A DNA stretch of 64,000 bases from Felis catus (Eukaryota): NCBI RefSeq assembly GCF_018350175.1, contig NC_058368.1:92320001-92384000 (forward strand), written 5' to 3'. The notes beneath the pieces were generated by a model. That model was not told the DNA's origin, searched no databases, and saw only the letters and a program-made list of their open reading frames with translations. Made by a program: the position numbers and the translations under genes. Below, piece by piece: positions 24,826 to 37,305 of this stretch. How positions within the stretch are numbered: position 1 is the stretch's first letter; each line of letters starts with the position of its first letter.

Positions 24826-25139
24826 GCTACATAGATATTTGGCCTGGAGCGAGGTGGTGAAATGAATGGGAGAGACAAAAATGAAGGGATGGTTAGAATT
24901 TGTTGGTAGCTGCAGCCCTCAGTGTTCATCTCCGTGACAGCGGCAGCATCTAGTGGTGGTGGTATTTCACCTCCTGCCACATTGTTCAGTGCCATTATGT
25001 CCTCCAAGTCTTTGCAATGTCAACTTCATGTTATGTTCCAGAACTAACCATTCTTATTTAAAGGAGAAATATGCAATGTGCATCCCACCCCCACAAGTGA
25101 ACTCCTTCTTCCCATCCCTATTTTGGTTTTTCTTTTAGC

Positions 25140-25310
25140 ATGATCTACCATGCTGGATACATTCTTGTTTGTTTTATCTGACTCTCCCATTGGAAGTTGA
25201 GCTTTTTGGAGGGAAAGAATTTGTCTCTTGTTCACTGTTGTATCCTGATGCCCAGAATAATACCTGTCACATCGTAGTGCTGGATAGGTATGTATGTATG
25301 TATGTCTGTA
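25140..25310 (+). mobile_element. L2 3' end
   Basis: tgtctcttgttcactgttgtatcctgatgcccagaataatacctgtcacat. Confidence 0.7.
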
Positions 25311-25374
25311 TGTATGTATTTTCAAGATTATAGAATTGGTTTATTGTAAAAGCGATTCAAGAACACCCAGTTAA

Positions 25375-25524
25375 GGGGTGTCTCGATGACTCAGTTTGTT
25401 AAGCGTCTGACTCTTGATTTTGGCTCAGGTCATGATCTCACGGTTTGTGAGTTTGAGCCCTGCATCGGGCTCTGCACTGACAGTGTGGAGCTTGCTTGGG
25501 ATTCTCTCTCTCTGCCCCTCCCTG

Positions 25525-25565
<41 letters not shown>

Positions 25566-25607
25566 ATAAATAAATAAAATTATTTATTTATTATTTAAAC
25601 TGGTTAA
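25375..25607 (+). mobile_element. Can-SINE
   Basis: TSD aagaa(c/t)acccagttaa. Confidence 0.94.
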
Positions 25608-26367
25608 AGAATACCCAGTTAAAATTTTATCCCAATGCTTCTCCAATACAACCAAGAAGCAGTTAAACTCTTTTTATATTAAGAATGAGGACACAAAACA
25701 AGAAAGACCACATCAAGGCTATGATTCAAATTCAGAAAGAGGAAGGGCTCTTAGAGGTCCTTCAGGTAGGCACAGGGGGCATGACAAGGTCAAATCACCA
25801 TGGCCGTCAGGTACCACAGTGCTGCCACAACACGGAGGCAAACTGAAGTCCAGGGGACATGAAGAACTCTATATTCCTGTTTCATGGGTGCACTTAAGTG
25901 ACTGAAATTTTAGGAACAACTGCCTGTAATGACAGCAAGATGAAAGACAAGTCTACAGAAGAAAAAGAAGCTTTGATAGATATTTATTGAATGAATGAAC
26001 ACTATAGGCTTGTGATATTCTTTAGTAAGTTTGCTCTTTGCCTAAGAGAGCTACTATGTATTTGTCGCATGTGGTTACTGACCCTGGCCAACACAGATAG
26101 CTATTATAAAGTTTTTAAAAGCAGTTTTTGGTTACTTGAAAAGTCTCTCTATTCACATATTGGCATTACTGCTATACTTTATATTGAAAGTAATCTGCCA
26201 AGAATTCCTTATTAACCAGGATTTGGTGAGATGTAAGAATGAAACGGCTTTGTTTCTTATGTCCCTTTTTTTATTTCTGCCACCAAACATGAGCTAAGTC
26301 TTTCCCATCTCAACACTATCTTGGAGAGATCCCACTGGACAGTTGGGCATAAAGTTCCAGTCCAGCT

Positions 26368-26592
26368 TAATTTAAAAAAAATTTTTTTTAACATTTATTT
26401 ATTGTTGAGAAACGGAGAGAGACAGAGCATGAGCAGGGGAGCGGCAGAGAGAGAGGGAAACACAGAATCTGAAGCAGGCTCCAGGCTCTGAGCTGTCAGC
26501 ATAGAGCTGATGGGGGCTCGAACCCATGAACCGCGGGATCATGACCTGAGCCAAAATTGGATGCTTAACCAACTGGGCCACGCAGCCACCCC
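26368..26592 (-). mobile_element. Can-SINE
   Basis: TSD gtccagcttaa. Confidence 0.93.
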
Positions 26593-27255
26593 GTGTCCAG
26601 CTTAACTTAATCAGGCTGCACTCTCATCTTCTTATCTAATAAAGAACTCTTCTACACTAGGCTTGGCTGGAGACTCACAAGACCTGTGTTGGTGGAGGGC
26701 TGGATTGCTTCTGTCTCCTTCACGTTACCTCTTTCCTTCCGTCTCCTGGGATTTGTGTTTCCTCCAGTGTGTTGAGTTTGGGAGGAAGAATGGAGGAAGA
26801 ACAAATGTGTCCTATGTAAGAAGAGTGCTGCATTTCTTTGTTGGCTAGCCATGTCCACCATGTGGCAGACATCAAATGGCCATTCTCTTCTTGCTCCGTG
26901 GGCAGCCAGAACGTGCCTGAATAACTATGCAGCTTAAGCTTAGATAACTTCTGGGGTGTCCACTTGGCCCAGGGGAGGCATAACTAAAGGTAGGGGCAGT
27001 CCATTCCATTGCTGCCCCTCTCTTCAGCCAGCTATATTCCTGCAATTAATTCCCTTGTATTCTCTTCTCAAAGGGACACAGAAACAGATTAACAAGTCCA
27101 TTCATAAGTAGAGTCTACCTGGGGAATGGATGTCAGTTGCCCCTTTTTGCAGCCACTGCTAATTTCTTGAATCCCTACTGCTGGGATTTGGGGTAGGAGA
27201 ATAGTCTTGTCCTTGGGTGGGGGGAATGGAGAAGCCACAGGACTTTCACCTTATG

Positions 27256-27435
27256 CCAGTATTTCCTAGTGGGAATGCTACTGAGAATTTGGGTGAGAAA
27301 ATTCTCTGCTGTGCAGAGGTCTCCCTTATATTGCAGGATATTTAGCATCCTTGGATCTTGCCCATTCAATGTCAATAGCACTCCCAGAAATGTCTCCTCA
27401 CATTTCCAATTCAACCTCAGTTTGAGAACCTTTGC
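27256..27435. mobile_element. MER20-like hAT MITE
   Basis: ttgcaggatatttagcatcc...aatagcac...aaatgtctcc...ttgagaacc. Confidence 0.65.
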
Positions 27436-28194
27436 TAGTCCAACATCTCAGTTAACACATGGGAATTCCAGAATTTCGAATCTATTAATTACACAGGCTG
27501 GTAGGAGTACAGGGTGATTGTTGTGCAAATGTTAAGTTCTGCAGACATGTGCCTGACAGTTCTTTTTACAATGTGGGGATTCTTAGTACCGATTATCCTC
27601 AGCTTTGGGCTTTAGTTGAAATTCTGAGACAAGAGAGAAGTCTTTCAATATCCTATTACAGGCTGGTGGCAAAATGTCTCCAAATGACAGCATAGACTGT
27701 ATTATGCCAGGTTTCTTTGACATAGCCAGTCCCCTCCTGGTATGTAGGTTCCTGGGTCCAGTCAGACCCAATTGGAAAAGCTGCTCATCTCCTATGTCCC
27801 TCCTCCAAGTTCTTCTGGAGGACCCCCATTTGCTAGAATAATTTAGCTCTTATCTATCTATACATACAAATCCTATCAGAATCAGAAGAATGAAGTTTTA
27901 TGATGTCTGTAATTGTACAGACTCTTAAAAGTACAGTTAATGCTTTGTACTTGGTTGAACCAACTTTGGGTAATTCAATTTAATTATGTTGGTAGATAAC
28001 ATATTAATTTGAAGGCAAACATCAAGCTTCAGCATGAAGCAGTAGTGAGTATGTTTTAGCAACTGAGACATTATGTTATTTATGAGAGGGACAGACTCAG
28101 ATTTTATCCCTGTTTACTGTGAGTCTGTCTTATCTGAAGAAAGGGCAAGAGAGAAAGGGAGCTAATCTTTTAGGTTTGCATTATGTCCTGTAGG

Positions 28195-28395
28195 TTTTTT
28201 TTTTTTTAAGTTTATTTATTATTTTGAGAGAGAGCATATGCACAAGCAGGGGAGGGGGAGAGAGAGAGAGTATCCCAAGCAGGATCCATGCTGTCAGCGT
28301 AGAGCCCAACATGGTGCTGGAACCTATGAACCGTGAGATCATGACCTGAACTGAAACCCAGAGTTGGGCACTTGACTGAGCCATCCAGGTGCCCC
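28195..28395 (-). mobile_element. Can-SINE
   Basis: TSD tgtcctgtag. Confidence 0.93.
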
Positions 28396-28744
28396 TGTCC
28401 TGTAGTTATAGAATATTTTCACACGAATGATCTCATTTGCTCTTCATACCACCCTAAAATCCACTTCACAGAATGATATTTGTGCTAATTATGGGGTACA
28501 ACTAAAAAATGGAGTTTCCACGCAAGTATAAACATCTAATCTCTTGACGGGATCTTCAGTTTTAGGAAGCCATTTTGCTAATACTTAGGAAATCTTCTCT
28601 AATTTATTCTCTAATTAGTCTAAATATTTAAGATGTTAAATAATAAAGAAATACCTGGTTATAATAGTAGCATTATGTTAATTACACTTAATAGTTATAT
28701 TGTGGGTTTTGATGAATAATTTCCACATATCCTACAATGTATGC

Positions 28745-28945
28745 TTTATTTTAAAAATTTATTTATTTTGAGAGGGAGAGTGCAAGCAGGGGAGGGGTAG
28801 AGAGAGAGGAAGAGAGGGAATCCCAAGCAGGCTTTGTGGTGTCAGCAAAGAGCCTGACGCGGGGCTCAAGCTCTCGAATGTGATATCATGATCTGAGCTG
28901 AAACCAAGAGTTGGACGCTTAACTGACTGAGCTGCCCAGGCGCCT
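28745..28945 (-). mobile_element. Can-SINE
   Basis: SINE motifs. Confidence 0.93.
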
Positions 28946-29232
28946 TCTGCCATATATGATTTAAATGAAATATCTTTCCTGAATATCTTCCAACGCATAG
29001 ACCCAGTAAGGAAAACATCAATTTTCTTACAAAAAGCAGTGAAGGAAGGAAGATTTTGGTTCTGGGAAAGGAGTGCAGTTCCGGGGTCTCAGCATGAAGT
29101 TTTTGGACTTGGAGACTTTGTGGGGAGGTCATCATGGTGGAGTTAGGATTGTAGCATTGGCTTGAAGATGAAAAGAGAAGGTCTTTCATGGGTAAGAATA
29201 AGAGAGAAATTGATTAATAAAAATGTAAACAA

Positions 29233-29459
29233 GGGGTGCCTGGGTGGCTCAGTCAGTTAAGCTCCAGACTTCAGCTCAGGTCATGATCTCACGGTTCACA
29301 GGTTCAAGTCCCGTGTCAGGCTCTGTGCTGACAGCTCAGAGCCTGGAGCCTGCTTCTGTTTCTGTGTCCCCCCCTCTCTTTGCCCCTCCTCCACTCATTC
29401 TCTCTCTCTCTCAATTTTATAAACATTAAAAAAAAAATTAAACAAAAAAAGAAAAAGAA
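29233..29459 (+). mobile_element. Can-SINE
   Basis: Outer TSD aaaaatgtaaacaa brackets this copy and the next. Confidence 0.94.
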
Positions 29460-29460
29460 T

Positions 29461-29685
29461 GGGTGCCTGGGTGGCTCAGTTGGTTGAATGTCTGACTTCA
29501 GCTCAGGTCATGATCTCACAGTTGGTGAGTTCAAGCCCCACATCAGGCTCTGTGCTGACACCTCAGAGCCTGGAGCCTGCTTCGGATTCTGTGTCTCCCT
29601 CTCTCCCTCTGCCCCTCCCCTGTTCATGCTCTGTCTCTCTCTGTCTCAAAAATAAAATAAACATTAAAAAAAAAATTAAAAAAAA
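29461..29685 (+). mobile_element. Can-SINE in the tail of the previous copy
   Basis: SINE motifs. Confidence 0.94.
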
Positions 29686-29811
29686 TGTAAACAATTCTCA
29701 GATCTCTTATTTGTTAGCTACCTACAAACAGGGAGGTCTACCTCCTTATTCTAGTTCCATGCCAACCCGTGGACTTCCCTTGGTGTGAATTTTTCAAGAA
29801 AGCAAGCTCTT

Positions 29812-30046
29812 GGGGAGCCTGGGTGGCTCAGTCCGTTGAGCTTCCGACTTCAACTCAGGTCACGATCTCGCGGTTCACAAGTTTGAGCCCTGCGTCGGGC
29901 TCTGGGCTGATAGCTCAGAGCCTGGAGCCTGCTTTGGATTCTGTGTCTTCCTCTTTCTTTGCCCCTACCCCGCTTGTGTGTGCGCTCGCTCTCTCTCTCT
30001 CTTTCTCGAAAATAAATAAACATTAAAAAAGAAAGAAAGAAAGAAA
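29812..30046 (+). mobile_element. Can-SINE
   Basis: SINE motifs, (GAAA)n tail. Confidence 0.94.
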
Positions 30047-30063
30047 GCTCTTTCACAAAGTGA

Positions 30064-30288
30064 TTTTTTAAAAAAAAATTTTTTTTTAACGTTTATTTAT
30101 TTTTAAGACAGAGAGAGACAGAGCATGAACAGGGGAGGGGCAGAGAGAGGGAGACACAGAATCGGAAGCAGGCTCCAGGCTCTGAGCCATCAGCCTGGAG
30201 CCCGACGCGGGGCTCGGACTCACGGACCTTGAGATCCTGACCTGAGCTGCTGTCAGATGCTTAACCGACTGAGCCACCCAGGCACCCC
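30064..30288 (-). mobile_element. Can-SINE
   Basis: TSD ttcacaaagtgatttt. Confidence 0.95.
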
Positions 30289-31409
30289 TTTCACAAAGTG
30301 ATTTTAACCTTTGTGTCTACCCATGTGTATCCGGAGAAGGTACCATAGAGAGGAGTAACCCTTTCAATTGGAGTGCTATTTAATATATATGTTGATACTG
30401 TTTTAGCTACCTCTTTCTTCTTCCAGAGAAGATGATGAGAATCTTCAGGCTGTGTCCTTTATTCCCCTTGTCCTAGAAGAAGCTTTGATATCCTGTTGAT
30501 CAGTCAGCAGTGAATCCCTTCTATCTGCCCTTAGTAATAGTTTCTGCTGACCATTCTTGTCGAATCCCCAGAGTAACTGTCTCAAAACTCTGCAAACTCT
30601 GCCTCATCCTCAGTCCTGCCTTCGTCTTTCAGACGACCCCTCAAAACCCTAGAAAACAAAAGGGGAAAAGAGGTCAAGGGATATTGGGTTAGTCCCAGCC
30701 AGACACTTATGTTTAAAACAACTTAAGAGAAACAAAGGCATTACATTTATTCATACACCCGTTGGCGTGCATCTGCCTTTTGGATGTGACATGAGATAAT
30801 TAATGTGTAAATACCAATTAGAGTCCTTGGCACAGAGCAACCAGCTAATAACTGTTGGTTTTTATCTGTCTGTCTTTATTTAATAACCGTTGACTGGCAA
30901 AGATGGCTTAGAAAAATATTAGGTAACTCAGTTTCAGCAGTTAGGATGATATAATGAGTTAGACCTAATGTCCTTGTCCATTTGGTGGCTCAGCTAGTAT
31001 AGCCAAAATTGGAGTGTGAGATGGCTCTAAACCAAAGACAACACTTCACATGACTGCTGTGGTCCAACTGCGTGGATGGAAGAGCCTTTTATAGCTATTG
31101 CCCTACCTTGGATTAAGTTTTCCTAACAGAGGCCACTGGCAAGGATACATCTCCATGCAACTACCTAGCAACTAGCAAATATTTGCAGCTTCTCGAAGAT
31201 TTGTCTCTGTTTCACTGCTGCTGTGGTTGCTACTGCTTTCCTGGGCTGATCAGTGACCAACACAGTGCTTCAGCCTCTTCTTATGTCCACGAAATAGCAT
31301 ATGATAGCCTTCCAACTTGGCTTAATACAACGCGTGTCCTATCGTGCATGCTGGGGCCATTTCCAGGGAGACTGGCTTGTGCAGTAAAAATAAGCTAATA
31401 TTTCTTTAG

Positions 31410-31520
31410 TGCTTGCGGGTTACAGATTACTTCTCACATACTGCCTCATTTTTCATCCTTACATTCACCCTATGAAGTAGACCTAGCAAGCATTTTTATT
31501 TCTCCTTTACCCATCAAGTT
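31410..31520 (-). mobile_element. MIR fragment
   Basis: ctcatttttcatccttacattcaccctatgaagtag...atttctcctttac resembles the MIR core. Confidence 0.55.
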
Positions 31521-31643
31521 AGACAATATTGTTTGAGGATATTATTTTTTTCCTTCTGAAGGAAATGCATATGTCCAGCTCATAAGTGAATTGCCAGGGT
31601 GGCTAGTTCTGAGTGAAATGGCTCAGTTTCACTCTTTTATACT

Positions 31644-31841
31644 TTTTTTAAAAAGTTTATTTATTTTAAGAGAGGCAGAGAGCGCATGAGCAGGAGAGGG
31701 GCAGAGAGAGAGAATCCTCAGCAGGCTCCTTGCTGTCAGCACAGAGCCTGATGTGGGGCTTGATCTTATAGACCGTGACATCATGACCTAAGCTGAAATC
31801 GAGAGTTGGATGCCTAACTGACTGAGCCACCCATGTGCCCC
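31644..31841 (-). mobile_element. Can-SINE
   Basis: SINE motifs. Confidence 0.92.
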
Positions 31842-32099
31842 TCAGTTTTACCCTTTTAAACACCCAACTCTTTGGGCAATTCTTTGGGAGGTACAGTTGC
31901 GTATGGTTGGGATGTTGTAACAGCACGAACGCTTTATGTGTTGATGCTTCATGCTTTAAACCAGTTTCTTCCCACAAGCTGTTCTGTTGCTCCCTTAGAA
32001 TGATCACACTTCTTCATGAAAGTCACATTACACACAGAAGTTTTTAGCAACATCAAATGTGAAATTATCGTAATCTTAAAATGGGCGTGGTGATGTCTT

Positions 32100-32327
32100 C
32101 TTTTTAAAAAAATTTTAAATGTTTTTAATTTATTTTTGAGAGAGAGAGAGACAGAGCCTGAGTGGGTGAGGGGCAGAAGGAGAGGGAGACACAGGATCCA
32201 AAGCAGGCTGTAGGCTCTGAGCTGTAAGCGTAGCGCCCAATGTGGGGCTTGAGCCCACGGACCGAACCGTGAGATCATGACCTGAGCTGGAGTTGGATGC
32301 TTAACCAACTGAGCCACCTAGGTGCCC
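32100..32327 (-). mobile_element. Can-SINE
   Basis: SINE motifs. Confidence 0.92.
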
Positions 32328-33178
32328 TTGGGTGTGGTGATTTCTGATCAACTCTGGTGAAGGGTCTTGTGAAAAATTATTGCAAGATCACTTGTTTACT
32401 ATTAAAAAAAATTCCCTTAAGTTCCTCCCAAGAAGAGTGGGCACCTGGTAAATATTTGGGGAATGAATTGTGGAAGGCACCATTGTGGATTGATCGATAT
32501 TCCACATTTGAAATTAACAATCCTATATATCCTGTGAATTGACCAAACTGGACCTTTAACCAATTCCTGGATGTCACCTGCACCTTCCTGTCCCTGTGAC
32601 TTTGGTCACTCCATTCCTTCCAGCTTGACTTCCCTTTTCATCTCTATCAAAATTCTACCAACCTATTGACCTGGACCAAATGCCATTGTCTCTCTGAAAT
32701 TTTGGCTTCTGCCATCACCACTGATGACAATAATTGTATCTTGAAAGGTTCTTCTAGCACATTGCTTATGTCTCTTTAGGTCCTTACCATATTTTTCTTA
32801 TATTACAGTAAAACATTGTTGACCAAGGAGAAGGGGCTGAAAAGCAATCAAAAGTGTTCATTGGGGTCTTAGGGTTTGGGCTGAAATTCAAAGTGTGCTT
32901 TGGGAAGCAAGCAGGGCTTGTTAAAGGCAAAAACTGCAAGGTTACATAACAGGTTTAGAAGGAATTAGGATTGGTGCTAACAGAGTTAAATTGACAATAC
33001 ACAGCTGGTGATTTAGCTAGCATGTTACATTATCTCTATTTCAGTCCAAAATTGCAGAAGGTGAAGGTGGTCCAGGTGCAATTGACAAAAGTCAAAAGTC
33101 CAGGTGTTCTGAGAATTGAAACATGAGATGTGCCCACCCTTTTACTTCCTCAGTCTCCTCCCTACTGTATTTTGCACA

Positions 33179-33398
33179 TTTTAATTTTTAAAAATGTTTT
33201 TATTTTTGAGAGAGAGAGAGAGAGAGAGAGAGCATAGAGGGGGAGGTGCAGAGAGAGAGAGGCAGACACAGAATCTGAAGCAGGCTCCAGGCTCTGAGCT
33301 GTCAGCACAGAGCCCCAAGTGGGGCTTGAACCCACAACTCCAAGATCATGACCTGAGCTGACGTCAGATGCCCAGCGGACCGAGCCACCCAGACGCCC
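33179..33398 (-). mobile_element. Can-SINE
   Basis: SINE motifs. Confidence 0.93.
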
Positions 33399-33825
33399 TA
33401 TCCTCCCCACTGTTTTTTCAAAAATCCTCTTAGCAATGCTTACTTGCCTTTGAACTCTTCTTTTGTAGCACATATGCATCATCTTCTTAGAATTTAAGTT
33501 CTCTGAGAACAGAGAATAGTTTCCGTCTTTGTACCCCCTCCCCCCACCCGCCACCCCTCACTCCCCCCCCCCCTCACTTTAAACATAGTATCAATGAGGT
33601 TAGTTTCTCAGCTTTTTTTCTTGAATGAATAATGCCTACCGGGAACTAACTTTTTCTTTCTGTATTGTAATACCTAGAGTTAGTCCCCATCCTTCACAAA
33701 ACTTTTCAAAAAAGATGGTGACAAATAGGAAAAGCATGCACGTTTGATTTCCACTGAAATTCTAAAGCCGCCGATAGAAAAATGTAAATAAGCAGTAAAA
33801 TGAACAAGACTCCAGGAGAACTAAA

Positions 33826-34046
33826 TTAAAAAAAATTTTTTTTTAATGTTTATTTATTTTTGAGAGAAACAGAGACAGAATGCGAGTGGGTTGGGGCAGA
33901 GAGAGAGGGAGACACAGAATCTGAAGAAGGCTCCAGACTCTGAGCTGTCAGCACAGAGCCCGAAGCGGGGCTCAAACTCATGAGCTGCGAGATCATGACC
34001 TGAGCCGAAGTCAGATGCTCAAACAACTGAGCCACCCAGGCGCCCC
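33826..34046 (-). mobile_element. Can-SINE
   Basis: SINE motifs. Confidence 0.94.
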
Positions 34047-34050
34047 TAAA

Positions 34051-34268
34051 TTTTCTTTTTTTAATGTTTATTTATGTTTGAGAGAGAGAGAGAAAGACAA
34101 AGTGTAAGCGGGGAAGGGGCAGAGAGAGAGGGAGACACAGAATCCGAAGCAGGCTCCAGGCTCTGAGCTGTTAGCACAGAGCCCCACACAGGGCTTGAAC
34201 CCATGAACTGTGAGAGCATGACCTGAGGCACAGTGGGATGCTCAACTGACTGATACACCCAGGCGGCC
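34051..34268 (-). mobile_element. Can-SINE (tandem with previous)
   Basis: SINE motifs; gaactaaatt flanks the pair. Confidence 0.93.
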
Positions 34269-34439
34269 TGGGGGGAACTAAATTTTAAAAAGACACGGAG
34301 GGGACAAACTTGTCTTGATTAATTGGAGATGAACAGTATCACTGTAAGAAACACTGATATTTAGTCTAAAAATCCAGGGAGATAATGCAACCTTTTTTAT
34401 GGACAAGAGAAAATGGTAATTAAAAAAAAAATGTTTCTA

Positions 34440-34655
34440 GGGGCGTCTGGGTGGCTCAGTTGGTTAAGCATCTGACTTCATTTGGGTCGGGTCATGATCT
34501 CACGGTTCGTGAGTTTGAGCCCTGGGTAGGGCTCTGTGCTGACAGCTCGGAGCCTGCTTCAGATTCTGTGTCTCCCTCTCTCTCTAACTCTTCTCTGCTC
34601 TCACTCTGCCTGTCTCTCTCTCTCCCTCAAAAATAAATAAACATAAATAAATTAA
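34440..34655 (+). mobile_element. Can-SINE
   Basis: SINE motifs. Confidence 0.93.
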
Positions 34656-34859
34656 TGTTTTTAGTTTGGATTTCAGCATGTGGCTCTCAAATAGTCGCTA
34701 AATTAGTCCTTTAATTCATCAAGTCAACACAGCAGCAACAAAAGCAACCCTAGAATATCCTTCCTTCCCTCCTTCCCTCCTTCTTTCCTTCCTTCCTTCC
34801 AGAATATTCTTTCTAGTTCAGGTAATAGAAGGAACTATAAAAGGAACAGCCAGGAGGCT

Positions 34860-35760
34860 TGGCCTGGGGTGGGGGCGGGCGTAGGGCTGGAGCCTCCCAG
34901 AAGCAGGAGCCAAGGCGTGGCCTGTGACAGTTATTTCACTTTTAGTGTTATTCCAGGCATTTGCCAATTTGGGCCCATTATTTATAGATGACTGCAGTGT
35001 GACAGGCTCTTCCCGAGTGAAGCCTCAGGCGGAGGGTTTGAGGAGATAGGCATGACCCTGCTGATTTCCTAGAGCCTGGGACTGCCGGCAGCCAGAAGCA
35101 ACGCTCCCCTCTCCTCCCCTTCCTTGTGTTTTCCTTTTAACACAGTTGCCCCAGGGGGTTTGCAAAAACACTGATTCATCTTAAAAGGTGTGATGGTGAA
35201 TTCCCTAGCGGAAGCTTCCTTCCCTGGAGAGATGAGCATTAGATCCTGCAGAAATCTAGGTTACCGATTTGGAAACCAAATAATAGGGCTGAATGAATGG
35301 ACCAGAGTAAAGAGGCAGCACATCCAGGGAATCCCTTCTGCCTGCATTTTTCATGCTGCAGGACCTCAGGATGCCGGCAGACACAGCCCGTAGGTTGGGG
35401 TTGCCAGGTAACCAGAGTATCCACAGATTTCCATTTTTTTAACCTTACTTCTGATTCAGGAGAGCTGTTGTTTTTCACAGCGGAGGATTAAAGAACATCC
35501 CCGCCCCCTCGCCCTCCTCTTTAAGGTTGAAACCAATCACTTTCAGCTGCTGTTGGCTAAAGTGTTTGAAAGAACGCGATTGTGTTTCAACAGGTGAGGT
35601 GTTAGGAAATGGCGGGGAAACATCCGGATGCAAACTGGAGGAGGGTGTAAGGTAAGAGGGGGCAGCGTCCCTGCTTGGTATTCAGGCGGCCGGTGGAAAA
35701 ACCCCACGTCCCCTGTGGGGCCTCTCCGTCCCCAAACCGGTGGATTCTGCTGTCTTCACC
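34860..35760 (+). promoter_or_regulatory. Candidate promoter / first-exon region
   Basis: No recognisable repeats; GC boxes at 34872-34879 and 35499-35508, CCAAT at 35533-35537, MEF2-like ttatttatag at 34978-34987, donors CAG|GTGAGG (35593/4) and AAG|GTAAGA (35651/2). Confidence 0.45.
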
Positions 35761-37049
35761 ACTTCAGTCTCTTCTGCCCCCTGGCTGTGAATTTCCTCAT
35801 CCCTCGAAAACACCCAGGATTTACCAGGGAGAGTCTCCCTGATTGCCCGATTCTATTTTCTTTAAAAGCTTACTCTTAACCCATCCTTTTCTAAAAGAGA
35901 ACTCAGCTTTTTCTATGGCTAATTTATGGGTAGTTTTTTAGCAATACGGTAAATCCAAACAGGGCAGAGTCCCTACCTCTCTCTCTCATAGAGAAGGGAT
36001 ATGGGGATTTAAAGCTTAAAATCTTAGGGTAAGCGGTTTTCTTCTATGTGAAGGAAAGGGAGCCAAACTGAGTGGCTTTGAAATCTTACTGAGCAAAGGC
36101 TACATAAGCTTGCAGCCCGAGGTGTGGTTAGAAATGAGCTTCCTGGACGTGTTTATGTCTCAGGGCTGTACGTGGCTGGATGTGCGTGTGTATGTGTGTG
36201 TGTGTGCACATCGAGTCTTTGCTGTGTGTATAGAGTATAATCACTAATCTATGAAGACACCGGAGAGGAAACTTACTATTAATGCTGTGCCCTTTAAAAT
36301 GGCAATCAGTATCAAGCCAGGATGTTTAAGGCTAGGCTAATATTGTTCCTATAAGGCAAACAACAGTCTAGGAAACCTCACAGAATTCCCTCCAGTTTGT
36401 TTAGTATGAATGGAGCAGAAAAGACACATCTGCAATGTGCTGTCTTTTCACACTGCCTGCCTGGGAAGTCAGTCCTTGAAAATCTCAGCCGTCTTTCAAA
36501 GCTCCGCTGCCGTGAAGGCCAGGGCAGAATGAGCCTTGGTCCACCAGATCGCCGTCTTCAGCTCTTTGGATGATTCACCCTTGATGGATCACTGAGATCA
36601 TGTCTATCGAGAACGCTGGACATTCGGAAGGTTCAGGTGAAGCGAGCAGAGTACTCGAAGGTGCTAATAGTCACGTGTAGATGTCCTCTTGGTTGAATTA
36701 GCAAAACCTGCTAGCAGACGGCAAGTGACACCAAGGGCTGGGTGTTTTGTGAGGCCCGTAGCCCTTAGTTCTCTAGTGGTAGAGATGCTTCTTGGGTTCG
36801 TTATAAATTACTCATGGGAAACAGTGCAGTTTCATGGCTCCAAGATGGGACAAATTGAACGTATTATAAGATATTACTTCTTCCTCCGCGTTTCCTTAGA
36901 GATGAAACCTGGGTAAGATGAGCATCAGGGGTGATGTCGACTGGAAAAAGATGTCACAAAAAAGCAAAAATGTCCCAAAATGGTACTTGAGTGGGGGTGG
37001 CCTCCCGAGTCCTCTAGGTAAAGGAGGTGGTAAGCGATCACTGTGGGTA

Positions 37050-37244
37050 TTTCTTTTTTCTTTAGTGTGGCTTTAGATGTTTACTTATTTTTGAGGGGGG
37101 AGGAGAGCGCACAAGCCCAAAGTGGGGACGGGGCAGAGGGGGAGGGGGACCTGATCCGACAACGCAGAGCCCCATGTGGGGCTTGAACTCACAGACTGTG
37201 AGATGATGATCTGAGCTTAACCGGCTGAGCCACCCAGGCACCCC
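37050..37244 (-). mobile_element. Can-SINE (degraded)
   Basis: SINE motifs. Confidence 0.88.
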
Positions 37245-37255
37245 AGTCGTGGGCA

Positions 37256-37257
<2 letters not shown>

Positions 37258-37297
<40 letters not shown>

Positions 37298-37305
37298 TAT
37301 GTATA
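37258..37305. repeat. (TG)n microsatellite
   Basis: Direct reading. Confidence 0.95.

Noticed and set aside
32808..33090. Possible solo LTR (TG...CA)
   Set aside because: No TSD and no family match I can support from memory.
34963..34973. CArG box
   Set aside because: ccaatttgg has only five A/T bases between CC and GG rather than six.
36450..36690. Coding-looking, CpG-containing stretch
   Set aside because: Only short open frames, weak acceptor and no recognisable peptide.
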